Program-made: the position numbers and the translations under genes
Source: Chara braunii
Lineage: Eukaryota; Plantae; Charophyceae
DNA: 64,000 nt
Reading direction: 5' to 3'
Assembly: GCA_003427395.1 (NCBI GenBank)
Contig: BFEA01000018.1
Span: forward strand, 874,578-938,577
Notes under the pieces: model-generated
Told to the model about the DNA's origin: nothing
The model's database searches: none
Seen by the model: the letters and a program-made list of their open reading frames with translations, nothing else
In this document: in pieces, positions 24,420 through 36,029 of the stretch
Layout: every line of letters starts with the position of its first letter
Position numbering within the stretch: position 1 is the first letter of the stretch

Positions 24420-27400
24420 ATGAATATGGTGGATGCCTTATATGGAAAAGATAAGATCTGGAAGATCTGCAAAAGGCAGGCTGACCTCGACTTACGCTCC
24501 CTTAATGTGAACGGCCTAGCCTCAGCAAAATCCCCTAAAAGGCAAGCCATCTTTGACCAGTTGAGGGGGGTGGGGGGGAGAGACTGGCCCGACATTGTGT
24601 GTCTGCAAGAAACTCACCTCATGAATACCCCGGAGCACAACTACCAACACAAGGAGCTCTGGCCACACCAGGCTTACAAAGCCCACACACCGAGACCCGG
24701 AAGTGGGGGCGTAGCAATATGGATCCCTCCGAATTCTAAGATCAAGATGTTGAATTGGGAAGCAGACCAACAGGAGGGCAGGTGGATCTACTTCCTGGGA
24801 ATGCTAGAATTGGAGGTGGTCAGCATTTTGAACATATACGCCCCCAATGAACCGTCAGCACGGCAAGCGTTCTTTGAGTCGCTCAAGGACAAAATCCCGG
24901 TAGGGATCCCCGTTGTGCTAGTAGGGGACTTCAATGCGGCTCCGGATCGCTGGCTGGACAGATGGAAAGTCCCCTCACCATGCCCTTTTTACATGGAAAA
25001 TGACGAGAAAATAATCACGGAGCTCTCACAATCCCTCAACCTCTTCGATACCTTCCGAAGACGTTTTCCCACAGACCGCCGATTCTCTTGCCTACGAAAG
25101 ACTGGCACGGAGGGCGCGTCCAAATCTCGCATAGACCTGATCCTCGCCTCAGAAGAGCTTCAAGGCGCCCTTCAATTAGTCGATATACTCCCCCACAGCC
25201 CCTTCCCGGGTCTGGATCATGCCATGTGTCTGGCTGTTTTCTCCTTCAGACAAAAGTCGGACCAGGGCAAAGGGTTTTACAAACTTAACACATCTCTTCT
25301 GAAAATGGACACCTTCAAAAACTATCTGAAAGACGTGTGGACTTACTGGCAGGAACAGAGAGCACAGATAAATGACGACATACTATGGTTCAACAACGGC
25401 CTGGCTTTCCTGGGCCGCAAGTGCAATGAATTCTCAAAACTTTTGGCAGCACGACGTCACGCAGAGGAGATTGAGACACAACGCCGCCTGTATCAACTCC
25501 AACGGCAGGAACCCGACACAGGCAGCCCGGGCACCGACATAGCTAATGACATCCTAAAACTGGAAGCGGACCTGCTATCTCACATGGAACGCAGATGGCA
25601 GGGGGCTAGAATTCGAGGCAAACTCTCTAAACACAACATGGAAGGCGCGATGGATGCTAGATTCTTCGCAATGGCCAGAATGAAATCCGGGAGATCGGTG
25701 ATCGAAGCCCTAGAAAATCCCAGAATCCCCCGGGGCCCCTTAGTTACATCCACAGCCGAATGCACAAAAATAGTCAGGGACTACTACCAGGAGCTGTTCA
25801 CATCCACTTATAGTAACCAGCCCGAAGACCAGCGGAGAGTGGAAATCGAGGATTTCCTGGCCCCGCTGACCAAGGCCCTTACGCCACAGCAAAGAGAAGA
25901 ACTTGATAGTCCCCTGTCAAAGGAGGAAATTTGGGAAGCATTGCGGCAAATCGAGGAGGAGAAAACCCCAGGCAGACGGCCTGCCTAAGGAATTCTGGGA
26001 AGCTACGTGGCCTTTTATCTCACAAGACCTCATGTCCTTCTACCACGAGGTCTGGGAGTCTGGCCGGATGGGAGAATTCGTGGGCCAAGGGGTGCTAACC
26101 CTCCTCTATAAAAAAGGGGACAGAACAAAGCCAAAGCCCTGACTAACCGCTTGGAATCAATAATGACAGACATCATTCACCCGGATCAGACGGGCTTTAT
26201 CCAAGGAAGAAACATCCAAGATAACATCCTCCTCGTCAACGAAATGATTAAGCTAACCCGACAATCTCATAGCAACGCAGCAATCATCTTCATTGACTTC
26301 GAAAAAGCCTACGATCATGTCGACTGGTTCTTCCTCGACAAATGTCTGGAAAAGTTCAATTTTGGACCCGACTTCCGACATTGGGTTCAAATTCTGCACA
26401 CAAACGCGGCAACCAGAGTCATGGTGAATAACAACCTGGCTCCCCCGATCGAGCTGCAAAGATCTGTCAGGCAGGGGGACCCGATCGCCCCGTACTTATT
26501 CGTAATCATCATGGAAGCCTTAGCAGCTAACCTAAGGACCCACAAATATATTAAAAGGATTAATGTGTCGGCAATACCCAAAGATGCAATCCCAGTTTGC
26601 TCAATGTTCGCCGACGATCTGACTTTAATGGTAGATGCAACTAAGGAATCTATGGAAGGTGTGCAGCGGATGATGGACCGTTTCTGCCTATTATCCGACA
26701 TGAAAGTAAATTGGGGAAACAAAACCCAGGGCTGGTGGATACACCACCAAGGAGTGAGACCCCCAGAACACTCGAGACTCAAGTGGCTCCCCAGGGAAGC
26801 CCCGATCAGAGTGTTGGGGATCTCCTTGACAGCAGAGGGCAGGCCATCCACCAACTAGGAATGGATCACGGGTCCTCCCTTAGCGAAAATGGCACTATGG
26901 AAGGGCAAACATACTTCACTATGGGGCCGCGCCCTCATCATCAACAATGTGGTGCTGGCCTCAATGTGGTACAAATCGGCGATCTGGGCGCTGGACAAAA
27001 AAACTCTACGCCCCTTGCAACGCCAAATAGCTGCCTTCTTATGGAGAGGGGATCACGATAGACAAAACGTCATCAGCAGAGTGGCGTGGCACTCAATCAC
27101 TCAGCCTAAAGCAAAAGGAGGACTCGGGATCATCGACCCGCTCACACAGACAAAGGCGTTGGCCATACAATGGATCAAATGACTTATTTTTAATACGGAA
27201 TCACCTTGGCAAGGCCTGGCCTTGGAACAAATCTCGAGAATAGCCCCCCCAACGAAGGACACTGCTGACCCGTTAATGTGGCTTGAAAACAGAGAATGGC
27301 CCATACCCAGAGCGACACGTCGGCGGGACTCCCCGCCGGTTACAACACGACAGTCACTCAAGGACGATCTAGTGAATGATCCCTTCTGGCCCAACCTCCT

Positions 27401-28967
27401 CAACACCTGGAGAAGCCTCCCCCTACCGGACAAAACTCCACCACAGAGATGAGAGGAGGTGATGCGGCAACCTCTCTTCGGCAACAGGTGGATAACAAAC
27501 ACGAAGGGTCAGACCCTCCACTGCATGGACTCACCATGGCAGGGCTGGGTGAAGCGAGGGATCACAAGGGTGCAAGACATATGGGACGCAGCAACCAGGG
27601 AGTGGATTGAACCTGGCCGCCTGCGAGAAAAACTGAGATATTGTCATCACCCTCAAGAAGCCCTGGCAACATTGACAGAAATGGTCCCTATAGACTGGCT
27701 GAGAATCTTGCGCAAGGGACCGACCCTGCAAAAAGATGACTGGGTGGCGTGTCCAGAAAATGTAGGGGGAGTAGGCAGGGTCGTCGCCGTACATCCGGAG
27801 GGGCCCGTGACAGTGAGCTGCTTCCACGTAAAAAAAGGAAACATTCTCCATAGAAGCACCGACGAGGAAACGTCTGTCTTCCCGAAGGCCGAACTTTTCC
27901 GCATCAGGGTGCTCCAAGAAGACCAACAATGGATCGCCTTCAGACCATCCACCCCGATCCAGCAACTGTCCCTGGACCCGTTGGAATGGACATGGGCAGC
28001 TGCAAGATGGAAAGGAAAAACCTACTCTAAATCACTCTACGGGTTGTCCGTCAGATCAACATACAGGCTCCTCGGACCGAGAACCAACCTGGCTGACCAA
28101 GTGAAAGAGCGATGGCAAGCTCACCTAAACATCGACCAGGCGGAATTAAGATCAGTCAAATGGTTCAAGTTGGCAAAGGAAAAACCCGCTAAGATCGCGT
28201 CACTTCAATGGCAGATGGAGCACCGCTGCCTACCAACCAATAACTGGCTAATAGACAGAACAACGCTGGAGCAAAGAGGGCTGGCCCTCCCTTGGTGTAA
28301 ACTCTGCATGAACGCCTTCCCAGCTCGAAAACACCCAGAAACAATAGAGCACATATTCCTCCAATGCCCGGGAGCACTGTGGATGTGGAGGTGGTGGGAC
28401 AGAATATGGAGCCAACTAGTCACAGACACGACCTGGCCCTGGGATTGGAAAGTGGTGCTCTGCGAAACTTGGCCCGGGGGACTAACAGAACACCTTAACG
28501 ACTACACCACCAATATGCTCACACTGGGACGAAGAGCGGTCCTTTGGGCACTATGGAGAAGGCGTTGCACTTACGAGATGGAAGGGGTGAGATTAGAAGG
28601 CCCCAAATTCGTTGACAGCGTGATACAGCAGATTCAAATAGAGATAACAGCGAAATGGGATAAGGTCAGATCCAACCTCCAAACACTCCAATCACCCAAA
28701 CACATCAAACAAAAAATACAGGAATTCTGTTCATGCTGGCTGGGAGGACCCGAGGGTGGAGCAATTGGGAAGGTGGAAGGGAAAGGAGAGTTAAGAGAGA
28801 TAGGCAAGGGGCAACCGGGAGCACTAATAGAGAGAGACTACCGCTTGACATTCAACAACTGGGCAAATTTGGACGCAGGGATCCCGCTCAGACCCCCAGA
28901 GGAATTCCCCGACCCCTTCCCGCCCCCCCCCAACTGCCTTGTAGGGATGCAGTGGTATGGCTTATAA
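24420..28967 (+). pseudogene. LINE B ORF2: AP endonuclease, reverse transcriptase, C-terminal zinc finger
   Basis: SLNVNGL, CLQETH, NIYAPN, VGDFN, SRIDLIL, LDH; FIDFEKAYDHV, VRQGDPIAP, MFADD; CKLC...ETIEHIFLQC. Frameshift at ~25975, deletion of the WRPI..YKI motif at ~26135, stops at 26856, 27180 and 27450. Confidence 0.93.
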
Positions 28968-29401
28968 GGCGCTGACAGTTGCATGACAGAGAGAGGCGAC
29001 TCTGAGGCTACAAAGACCAGCTAGGGCTGGCTGAAAGTAAACTGGGGTAGAAGAACGTAAACTCAGATGATGACAGGTGGGGGAACTAGAAAGTGCAGTA
29101 GGGATCTGGCGCCAATATACATGGTGAAGAGGTTCCCCCCCGGGCACCCGTATTGCCCAAAGTTATCTACATCGAAACCTGCACAGTCAATCCTCTGGAC
29201 CCCAGAGTAATCAATGCTGGCAGGTTTCATCTTCCTTCAGTTCACAATCATCAATCTGTAAATGGGACGCTGGACCCGGTTTCCAGCAGGTGAAGCTCCC
29301 CACAAATAGATGGAGCCTCCCCTCCGGGTGCTAGTGGTGTCTGCTCTTACCAGCATCACTAGCACTGCGAGGGTGTGTCTTTTCAAAACAAAAAAAAAAA
29401 A

Positions 29402-29666
29402 GGCGGACGGGATCCAATGGGCCGCAGTAGTCCCAGGGTCGAAGTAGGCCCAGTAGTAGATGATAAAGGCAGGCGAGGATCAAATATTGTGAGTGAAGGC
29501 TAGTGAGGAAGGCACAGGAAGAGAGAAGTTTCGAAGTGACATCAGTGCTCGATAAGTGAAACTGGCTGAGGCTGCCGGGATAACTCCGGGTTGAATTGTG
29601 AGGTCCCCGGCCTCGATTGTTTTGAGAAATATCAATAAAGTGAATTTTCAGGGAAAGAAAAAAAAG
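29402..29666 (+). mobile_element. 5'-truncated tail of the LINE C family, directly after the LINE B poly(A)
   Basis: GCTGCCGGGATAACTCCGGGTTGAATTGTGAGGTCCCCGGCCTC matches the LINE C 3' UTR (36769-36812, minus strand); A-rich end. Confidence 0.75.
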
Positions 29667-30321
29667 TTTTGAGTTTTGGAAGGCCAAAAGAACTTGTATT
29701 GGCAGGTCTGTCAGCACGAGTTTTGGATACTAGGCAAAAAGAACATAAACCAGCAGTTTGTAACTTTGCCCATCACGGCCTGCTGCCTGCAAAAAAACTG
29801 ACCCGCCTTTTCTCAATGTCACGTGGTGTCTTTTTTATTGCCTTTTCAAACTCGGTGTGTGACTGACCTGCTGGTACATGTTTTTTTTGCCCATTTGAAT
29901 CTGGATCCCGACTGAAACGTACTGCCCCTGGGTGGTGGATGGTGGAAGAGCACCGGGGGGAGGGGGGGGAGAGGGAGAAAGCACATGACCACTGTGCAGC
30001 CTCCCCCTCCTCTCCTCCCCCTCCTCTCCCCCCCCTCCTCCTCCTCCTCCTACTCCACTGTGACAATCGTTGTGTTGCAGGAGGGAGGGGTGCAATGGGA
30101 AAAAGAAAAGGAGGGGGCTGTTTGGAAAATCAATGAAGGGTACAAGTGATGTTGGAAGTTGGAATGATCGTGGAAACTGTGGAGCCCCCTGGCTTGAAGA
30201 CCCCCCCTTCCTCCCCCCCCCAAAAAAAGAATGTTGGAAGTCGGAATCGGATGAGAAAACAAAGGGAAGTGGAGCAATGCAATGGGGGGTGGCGGGGGGG
30301 GTGGTCTAAAGAAGAAAGTGT

Positions 30322-30448
30322 GTCCTTTGGGACATCCGTTAAGATTGGAACGATTTAACGATACCCCACCAATGGAACGGAGCCACGGGTGAAACAGAAA
30401 GGAAAAATAGCATGGCCCCTGAGCAAGGATGACATGCATAAATCAAGA
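30322..30448 (+). pseudogene. U6: U6 snRNA pseudogene with a ~40-nt internal insertion
   Basis: GTCCTTTGGGACATCCGTTAAGATTGGAACGAT [insert] ACAGAAAGGAAAAATAGCATGGCCCCTGAGCAAGGATGACATGCATAAATCAAGA. Confidence 0.88.
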
Positions 30449-31555
30449 CAAGAAACATGCAATGAAAACTGGAATCTCATCCCTGAAATGACAATGATCT
30501 TTCCCCCCTTTCATCTCTGAGAACGTTCTTCTTTACCAGCTCTTCTTTCTTTGGTTTGTTTTTTTGGGGATGAAAATCAGGACTCGTAGCAGCCTGCACT
30601 TTCCTCGTACGTGCCGTGCTTGGCAACTGAATTGACGATACAACAACATAATAATTGTCCTCTCTTTTTCCCCTCTTTTTTAAAGCTTTTTTGGGTGTTT
30701 GTACGAGTGTGTGTTTGTGTAGGTCNNNNNNNNNNNNNNNNNNNNNNNNNNNNNNNNNNNNNNNNNNNNNNNNNNNNNNNNNNNNNNNNNNNNNNNNNNN
30801 NNNNNNNNNNNNNNNNNNNNNNNNNNNNNNNNNNNNNNNNNNNNNNNNNNNNNNNNNNNNNNNNNNNNNNNNNNNNNNNNNNNNNNNNNNNNNNNNNNNN
30901 NNNNNNNNNNNNNNNNNNNNNNNNNNNNNNNNNNNNNNNNNNNNNNNNNNNNNNNNNNNNNNNNNNNNNNNNNNNNNNNNNNNNNNNNNNNNNNNNNNNN
31001 NNNNNNNNNNNNNNNNNNNNNNNNNNNNNNNNNNNNNNNNNNNNNNNNNNNNNNNNNNNNNNNNNNNNNNNNNNNNNNNNNNNNNNNNNNNNNNNNNNNN
31101 NNNNNNNNNNNNNNNNNNNNNNNNNNNNNNNNNNNNNNNNNNNNNNNNNNNNNNNNNNNNNNNNNNNNNNNNNNNNNNNNNNNNNNNNNNNNNNNNNNNN
31201 NNNNNNNNNNNNNNNNNNNNNNNNNNNNNNNNNNNNNNNNNNNNNNNNNNNNNNNNNNNNNNNNNNNNNNNNNNNNNNNNNNNNNNNNNNNNNNNNNNNN
31301 NNNNNNNNNNNNNNNNNNNNNNNNNNNNNNNNNNNNNNNNNNNNNNNNNNNNNNNNNNNNNNNNNNNNNNNNNNNNNNNNNNNNNGAAGCGGAGCGACTG
31401 CAAAGAACACAAATGATACAACGGGACACAAAGCTGCAAGAGGAAGGGAGAGGAACACTGCGGGACCACCACGGCTGGACAGGCCTTCGTAATGGAATTG
31501 GCAGGCGCGTCAGGCAATATACAATATCACAATATCAGCCAGTGAAAGATGTTAA

Positions 31556-31709
31556 ACCACCAGTAAGTACTTCCTAAAGTCGTGCCCGTTAACGCGCCAC
31601 GATTTTAGGAAACGTACGGGCCACTACAGGAGCGCCCAAATTCATCCAACTAGAACCGTTTCTTCTCTATTTTCTTCTGCGGCCGATAGCTTCGCCAAGT
31701 ACTGGTGGT
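31556..31709. mobile_element. MITE, TTAA-flanked ACCACCAGTA family
   Basis: TTAA|ACCACCAGTA ... GTACTGGTGGT|TTAA. Confidence 0.78.
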
Positions 31710-32228
31710 TTAAACTGCATGTTAAACTGCATATAACCAGCTGAAACGCAATGTCGCCACAGATGGGGAGAGGCGCATTTCGGAATGCGTAGCCACCACC
31801 CTCCCCTTCCCGGGAGCAGTAACAAGGAGGGATCCTCCTTTCAATAGAATACAGGTGACGAGATCCCGTGGTTGAACAGAACTGACTGAATGGCAATCCT
31901 CTCGGCTCATAATAACGAGATTGGGCGGAGGTTGGTGGAATGGGAGGGTAGCCTGCCTACATGAATAAGAGGTTCAACAATAGTTCATAGCAAAGAGAAG
32001 AGACCACTGGCTGGGAGACTTGAGTTCTCTAAGGAGTAGTGGACCGCTAAAATTAGCGCTAGGGAGCGCTAACACTCCGCGTGGTCGCAGCCGGCAGGGC
32101 CCGGCTGCCCTCTACGCGATCGGGCGCCCACGTGGGCTGATGGGGGTAGCTTGAGCCACGCGTCTTGCCCCACGTTCGCGGTGACGCTGACGTGGCAGCC
32201 CCGTTAGAAGTGGCATTGGCAGGGGAGC

Positions 32229-32775
32229 GTGGGAGTTCGTCGGCACAGATTTCGTGGCGGTTCTTACGTGCAGATGGCTTCAATGGGAGACAAGCAGCGA
32301 GGAGCCGGCGAGTGGATCTCACCCATTCGAGCAGCTCGTTGCCGTTTACATGTGATGGTAGATGCACTGCGCTCACAATTGGGAGCTCGATTTGAGGCTG
32401 ATGGGGGGGCAGCTTCATCAAACCCGCCGTTTCGGGAAGTGATGAGGAACATGATGCAGATCATCTGGGAGTTGGAGGAGGATGGTCTCATGAATGGTCA
32501 ACAGGAGGAGACTCTGAAGCGGTGTTGCTACGACATCTTCGAGGAGGGGCAAGATGTGTACGCAGCACTGGAGGAGGAGTGGTACTTGCACTTTGAGACG
32601 GAAGATGAAGATAATACTGACGCGAGCATCATCAGCTGTGACGAGATTGGGGAGAGCCAAGCTCGAGGTGATGACGTACTCGCTATTGACAAACACGCCA
32701 ATGACAACAATAAATTTGTGCAGGTCCGTGGTACAAACATGGGGATCGTGAGCTTGGGCGCGCGCGACAATAATG

Positions 32776-32808
<33 letters not shown>

Positions 32809-32999
32809 TCAGCAGCAACAACACCTACAGCAACCATGACGCAGAGATTGTGGACGCTGGCAACACCATGATTGTCGTGCATGACACTGGAACAAGTATG
32901 GAAATTGTGATTTGTGCACACAGGACTACAACAACAAAAACTACAACAACAGCAGCAACAAAAACGACATCAATAACACCAACAACGACGGTGTGGTAA
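32229..32999 (+). CDS. Hypothetical acidic, helical ORF ending in (AAC)n-coded Asn/Thr runs; probably repeat-associated
   Basis: 256-aa open frame with protein-like composition; no family recognised. Confidence 0.25.
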
Positions 33000-34254
33000 G
33001 TATGGTGGGGGTTTCAGCTCTCTCCCCCTCCCCCTTCTCTCCCCCGGTGTCCTTTCTCCTTTGTGATCGTGTTGATGACCCAGGGGGAGGGCGACAGGGC
33101 TGTTTGAACGGCTCGTTCAGCATATTGGATGGGTGTGGGGGAGAGCTAGGGGTGGGATGGGTGCGCAAAGGGGTGGGATAGATATTGGATTGTCTTACCA
33201 CATCTGATTAGTTGCCACATGGTAATAGGGCAGCTCTAGCCGCGGGCCAACACTGCATGAGTCATTAGGGCCTGCAAACGTGATGTCCGGTTTCTTGTCA
33301 GGTGNCGAGGACAGGAAGTGCCGAGGGAAGCGGCGCTATGGATTTCTTTGTGTGTGACTCGTTTGGGTTCCGCCACGTGGCCTTTAGGTTTTAGCTTTTA
33401 GTGAGGCCTGCTCAGATTGCCCCTTCTACTCATGGCGATGTATGGTTTTTGGGTTGTTGATGAGTATTTCTGGGTAGGGTATGNNNNNNNNNNNNNNNNN
33501 NNNNNNNNNNNNNNNNNNNNNNNNNNNNNNNNNNNNNNNNNNNNNNNNNNNNNNNNNNNNNNNNNNNNNNNNNNNNNNNNNNNNNNNNNNNNNNNNNNNN
33601 NNNNNNNNNNNNNNNNNNNNNNNNNNNNNNNNNNNNNNNNNNNNNNNNNNNNNNNNNNNNNNNNNNNNNNNNNNNNNNNNNNNNNNNNNNNNNNNNNNNN
33701 NNNNNNNNNNNNNNNNNNNNNNNNNNNNNNNNNNNNNNNNNNNNNNNNNNNNNNNNNNNNNNNNNNNNNNNNNNNNNNNNNNNNNNNNNNNNNNNNNNNN
33801 NNNNNNNNNNNNNNNNNNNNNNNNNNNNNNNNNNNNNNNNNNNNNNNNNNNNNNNNNNNNNNNNNNNNNNNNNNNNNNNNNNNNNNNNNNNNNNNNNNNN
33901 NNNNNNNNNNNNNNNNNNNNNNNNNNNNNNNNNNNNNNNNNNNNNNNNNNNNNNNNNNNNNNNNNNNNNNNNNNNNNNNNNNNNNNNNNNNNNNNNNNNN
34001 NNNNNNNNNNNNNNNNNNNNNNNNNNNNNNNNNNNNNNNNNNNNNNNNNNNNNNNNNNNNNNNNNNNNNNNNNNNNNNNNNNNNNNNNNNNNNNNNNNNN
34101 NNNNNNNNNNNNNNNNNNNNNNNNNNNNNNNNNNNNNNNNNNNNNNNNNNNNNNNNNNNNNNNNNNNNNNNNNNNNNNNNNNNNNNNNNNNNNNNNNNNN
34201 NNNNNNNNNNNNNNNNNNNNNNNNNNNNNNNNNNNNNNNNNNNNNNNNNNNNNN

Positions 34255-34967
34255 AAAAAATTAAGGAGTTTAGCCTGAGCTGGCTTGGAGGTGACAACGG
34301 GGGGAGGATTGGGGAAGTTGAATGGAAAGGCAGCCAAAATGACCTCGGGGAAGGACAAGAGAGGTGGGATCTAGTAAGGGACTATCGGCTCGTCTTTCAT
34401 GACTGGACTAAGATTGACACAACAATTCCTATGAGACCTAGTGAAGACTTCTCTGATCCCTTCCCCACCCCTTCAAATTGTTTGGTTGGTCCGGACTGGT
34501 ATGGGCGAGATTGAGGACTCCAGGGACCAGTGGTATGGAGGAGGGGGTTCGTAGTAGGCCCATCCTGCATAATGATTATCCTCTGATATGTTTTCCAAAA
34601 GCACAGTACTTGGGAAGAGACAGTTCAGATTGGGGCTGGTGGGGGGAGGGAGGTACTAGGGTGTTGCAGTAGGTATCTGGCGCCGGTTCTAAGGTGAAGA
34701 GGTTCCCCCCTCCCCCCCTTCCTGCTCAGTCAATCCCCTGGATGCCAGGGTAATCAATGCTGGCAGGACTCCCCCACAACGGTTCTTCTTTTGACATACT
34801 GCAAATTCAATCTGTATATGGGACGCTGGGCCCGTTTCCCAGCAGGTGATGCTCCCCACCAATAGATGGAGCCTCACCCCAGGTATTAGTGGTGTCTGCT
34901 CTTATCAGCACCACTAACACTGGCGGGGGCGTGTTATTCCAAAAAAAAGAAAAAAGAAAAAAAAAAA
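34255..34967 (+). mobile_element. 3' end of a LINE B-family copy; 5' part lost in the gap
   Basis: KIKEFSLSWLGGDNGGRIG...RDYRLVFHDW...DPFPTPSNCLVGPDWYG is homologous to the LINE B ORF2 end; same 3' cassette at 34820-34920; poly(A). Confidence 0.9.
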
Positions 34968-35279
34968 GGGCAATTCAAAAAGGGTATACTAGCACTCAGC
35001 CCAGGCTTTCAGGTAGGCATATGACTAAGGTTGCAGAGTTGCTCTGATTGTCAATTGTCCCCCGTCTATGGGGGGGGCCAGCAGCCTGCAGTCATCATGG
35101 TCACAAGGCTATCCAATCAAACTGATATGATGTTCAGGGATGCTGGACCCGATTTCCAGCCGGTGATGCTCCCCACCTCTAGATGGAGCCCCCGAGAGTG
35201 CTAGAGGTGGCTGCTCGTATCAGCACCCCTATCATCAACTCGCGCTGTTTCCCAGAAGAAGAAGAAGAAAAAAAAAACT

Positions 35280-35532
35280 CAAGACCAGAACTGAACCTCC
35301 CCAAGTAGGGCGCGGGCCCGGCTGTCTCTGCAAGGTTCGAACTGAGATAATGTTTCTTTCTTGCCTTGGGCAGTGGACCCTTGGACGTCGTTTGGGCCTG
35401 AAATCGGTTCCATATGCCCCTACCGGTACCGGTGCCAAATTTCCAGTATGCCCCTACCGGAAAGCCATTGGGTACCGTCATCTCGAATGGTATGTTCTCG
35501 GATGTACATGACCCTCCTAGCTCCACAGCTTT

Positions 35533-35595
<63 letters not shown>

Positions 35596-35596
35596 N

Positions 35597-35636
<40 letters not shown>

Positions 35637-35954
35637 GGCAGCAATACAAAGGAGCTGAAGGAGGAAGAGGAGAGGGAGGTGGAAGTAGACGAGGTGGCGG
35701 TGGCGGTAACTCCGACAGTTTCGAGGATGTGGTTTGTTGGTCGTGGCGGGGCGTTAATGGNCCAAGCAACCAATGGCACGACTTTGTGCATGCATGCACA
35801 AGACTTAGTGTACACCTGTACACGTGCCGAGCAACAGAGGTGAGCACTGAGCAGTGCAGCAAGGCAAGAGCAACAGAGAAGAGCGATTTTCATCCCCCCA
35901 TGACCGTGCTGAACGGGGTTGTGATAGTGACAATCGTGCCACACACACACACAG

Positions 35955-36029
<75 letters not shown>

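Larger units (their letters stand above)
19476..29401 (+). mobile_element. LINE B: second L1/Tx1-like family, near full length; 5' boundary may extend to ~18500
   Basis: Long ORF1, ORF2 (APE-RT-ZF), structured 3' UTR and poly(A) ending at 29401. Confidence 0.92.

Noticed and set aside
22250-24514. Direct repeats flanking N gaps (22250-22343 = 22760-22853; 23550-23644 = 24420-24514)
   Set aside because: Identical sequence on both sides of a gap most likely reflects unmerged contig overlaps
30477-34514. Long ORFs in the ORF track spanning N runs
   Set aside because: They stay open only because N translates as X
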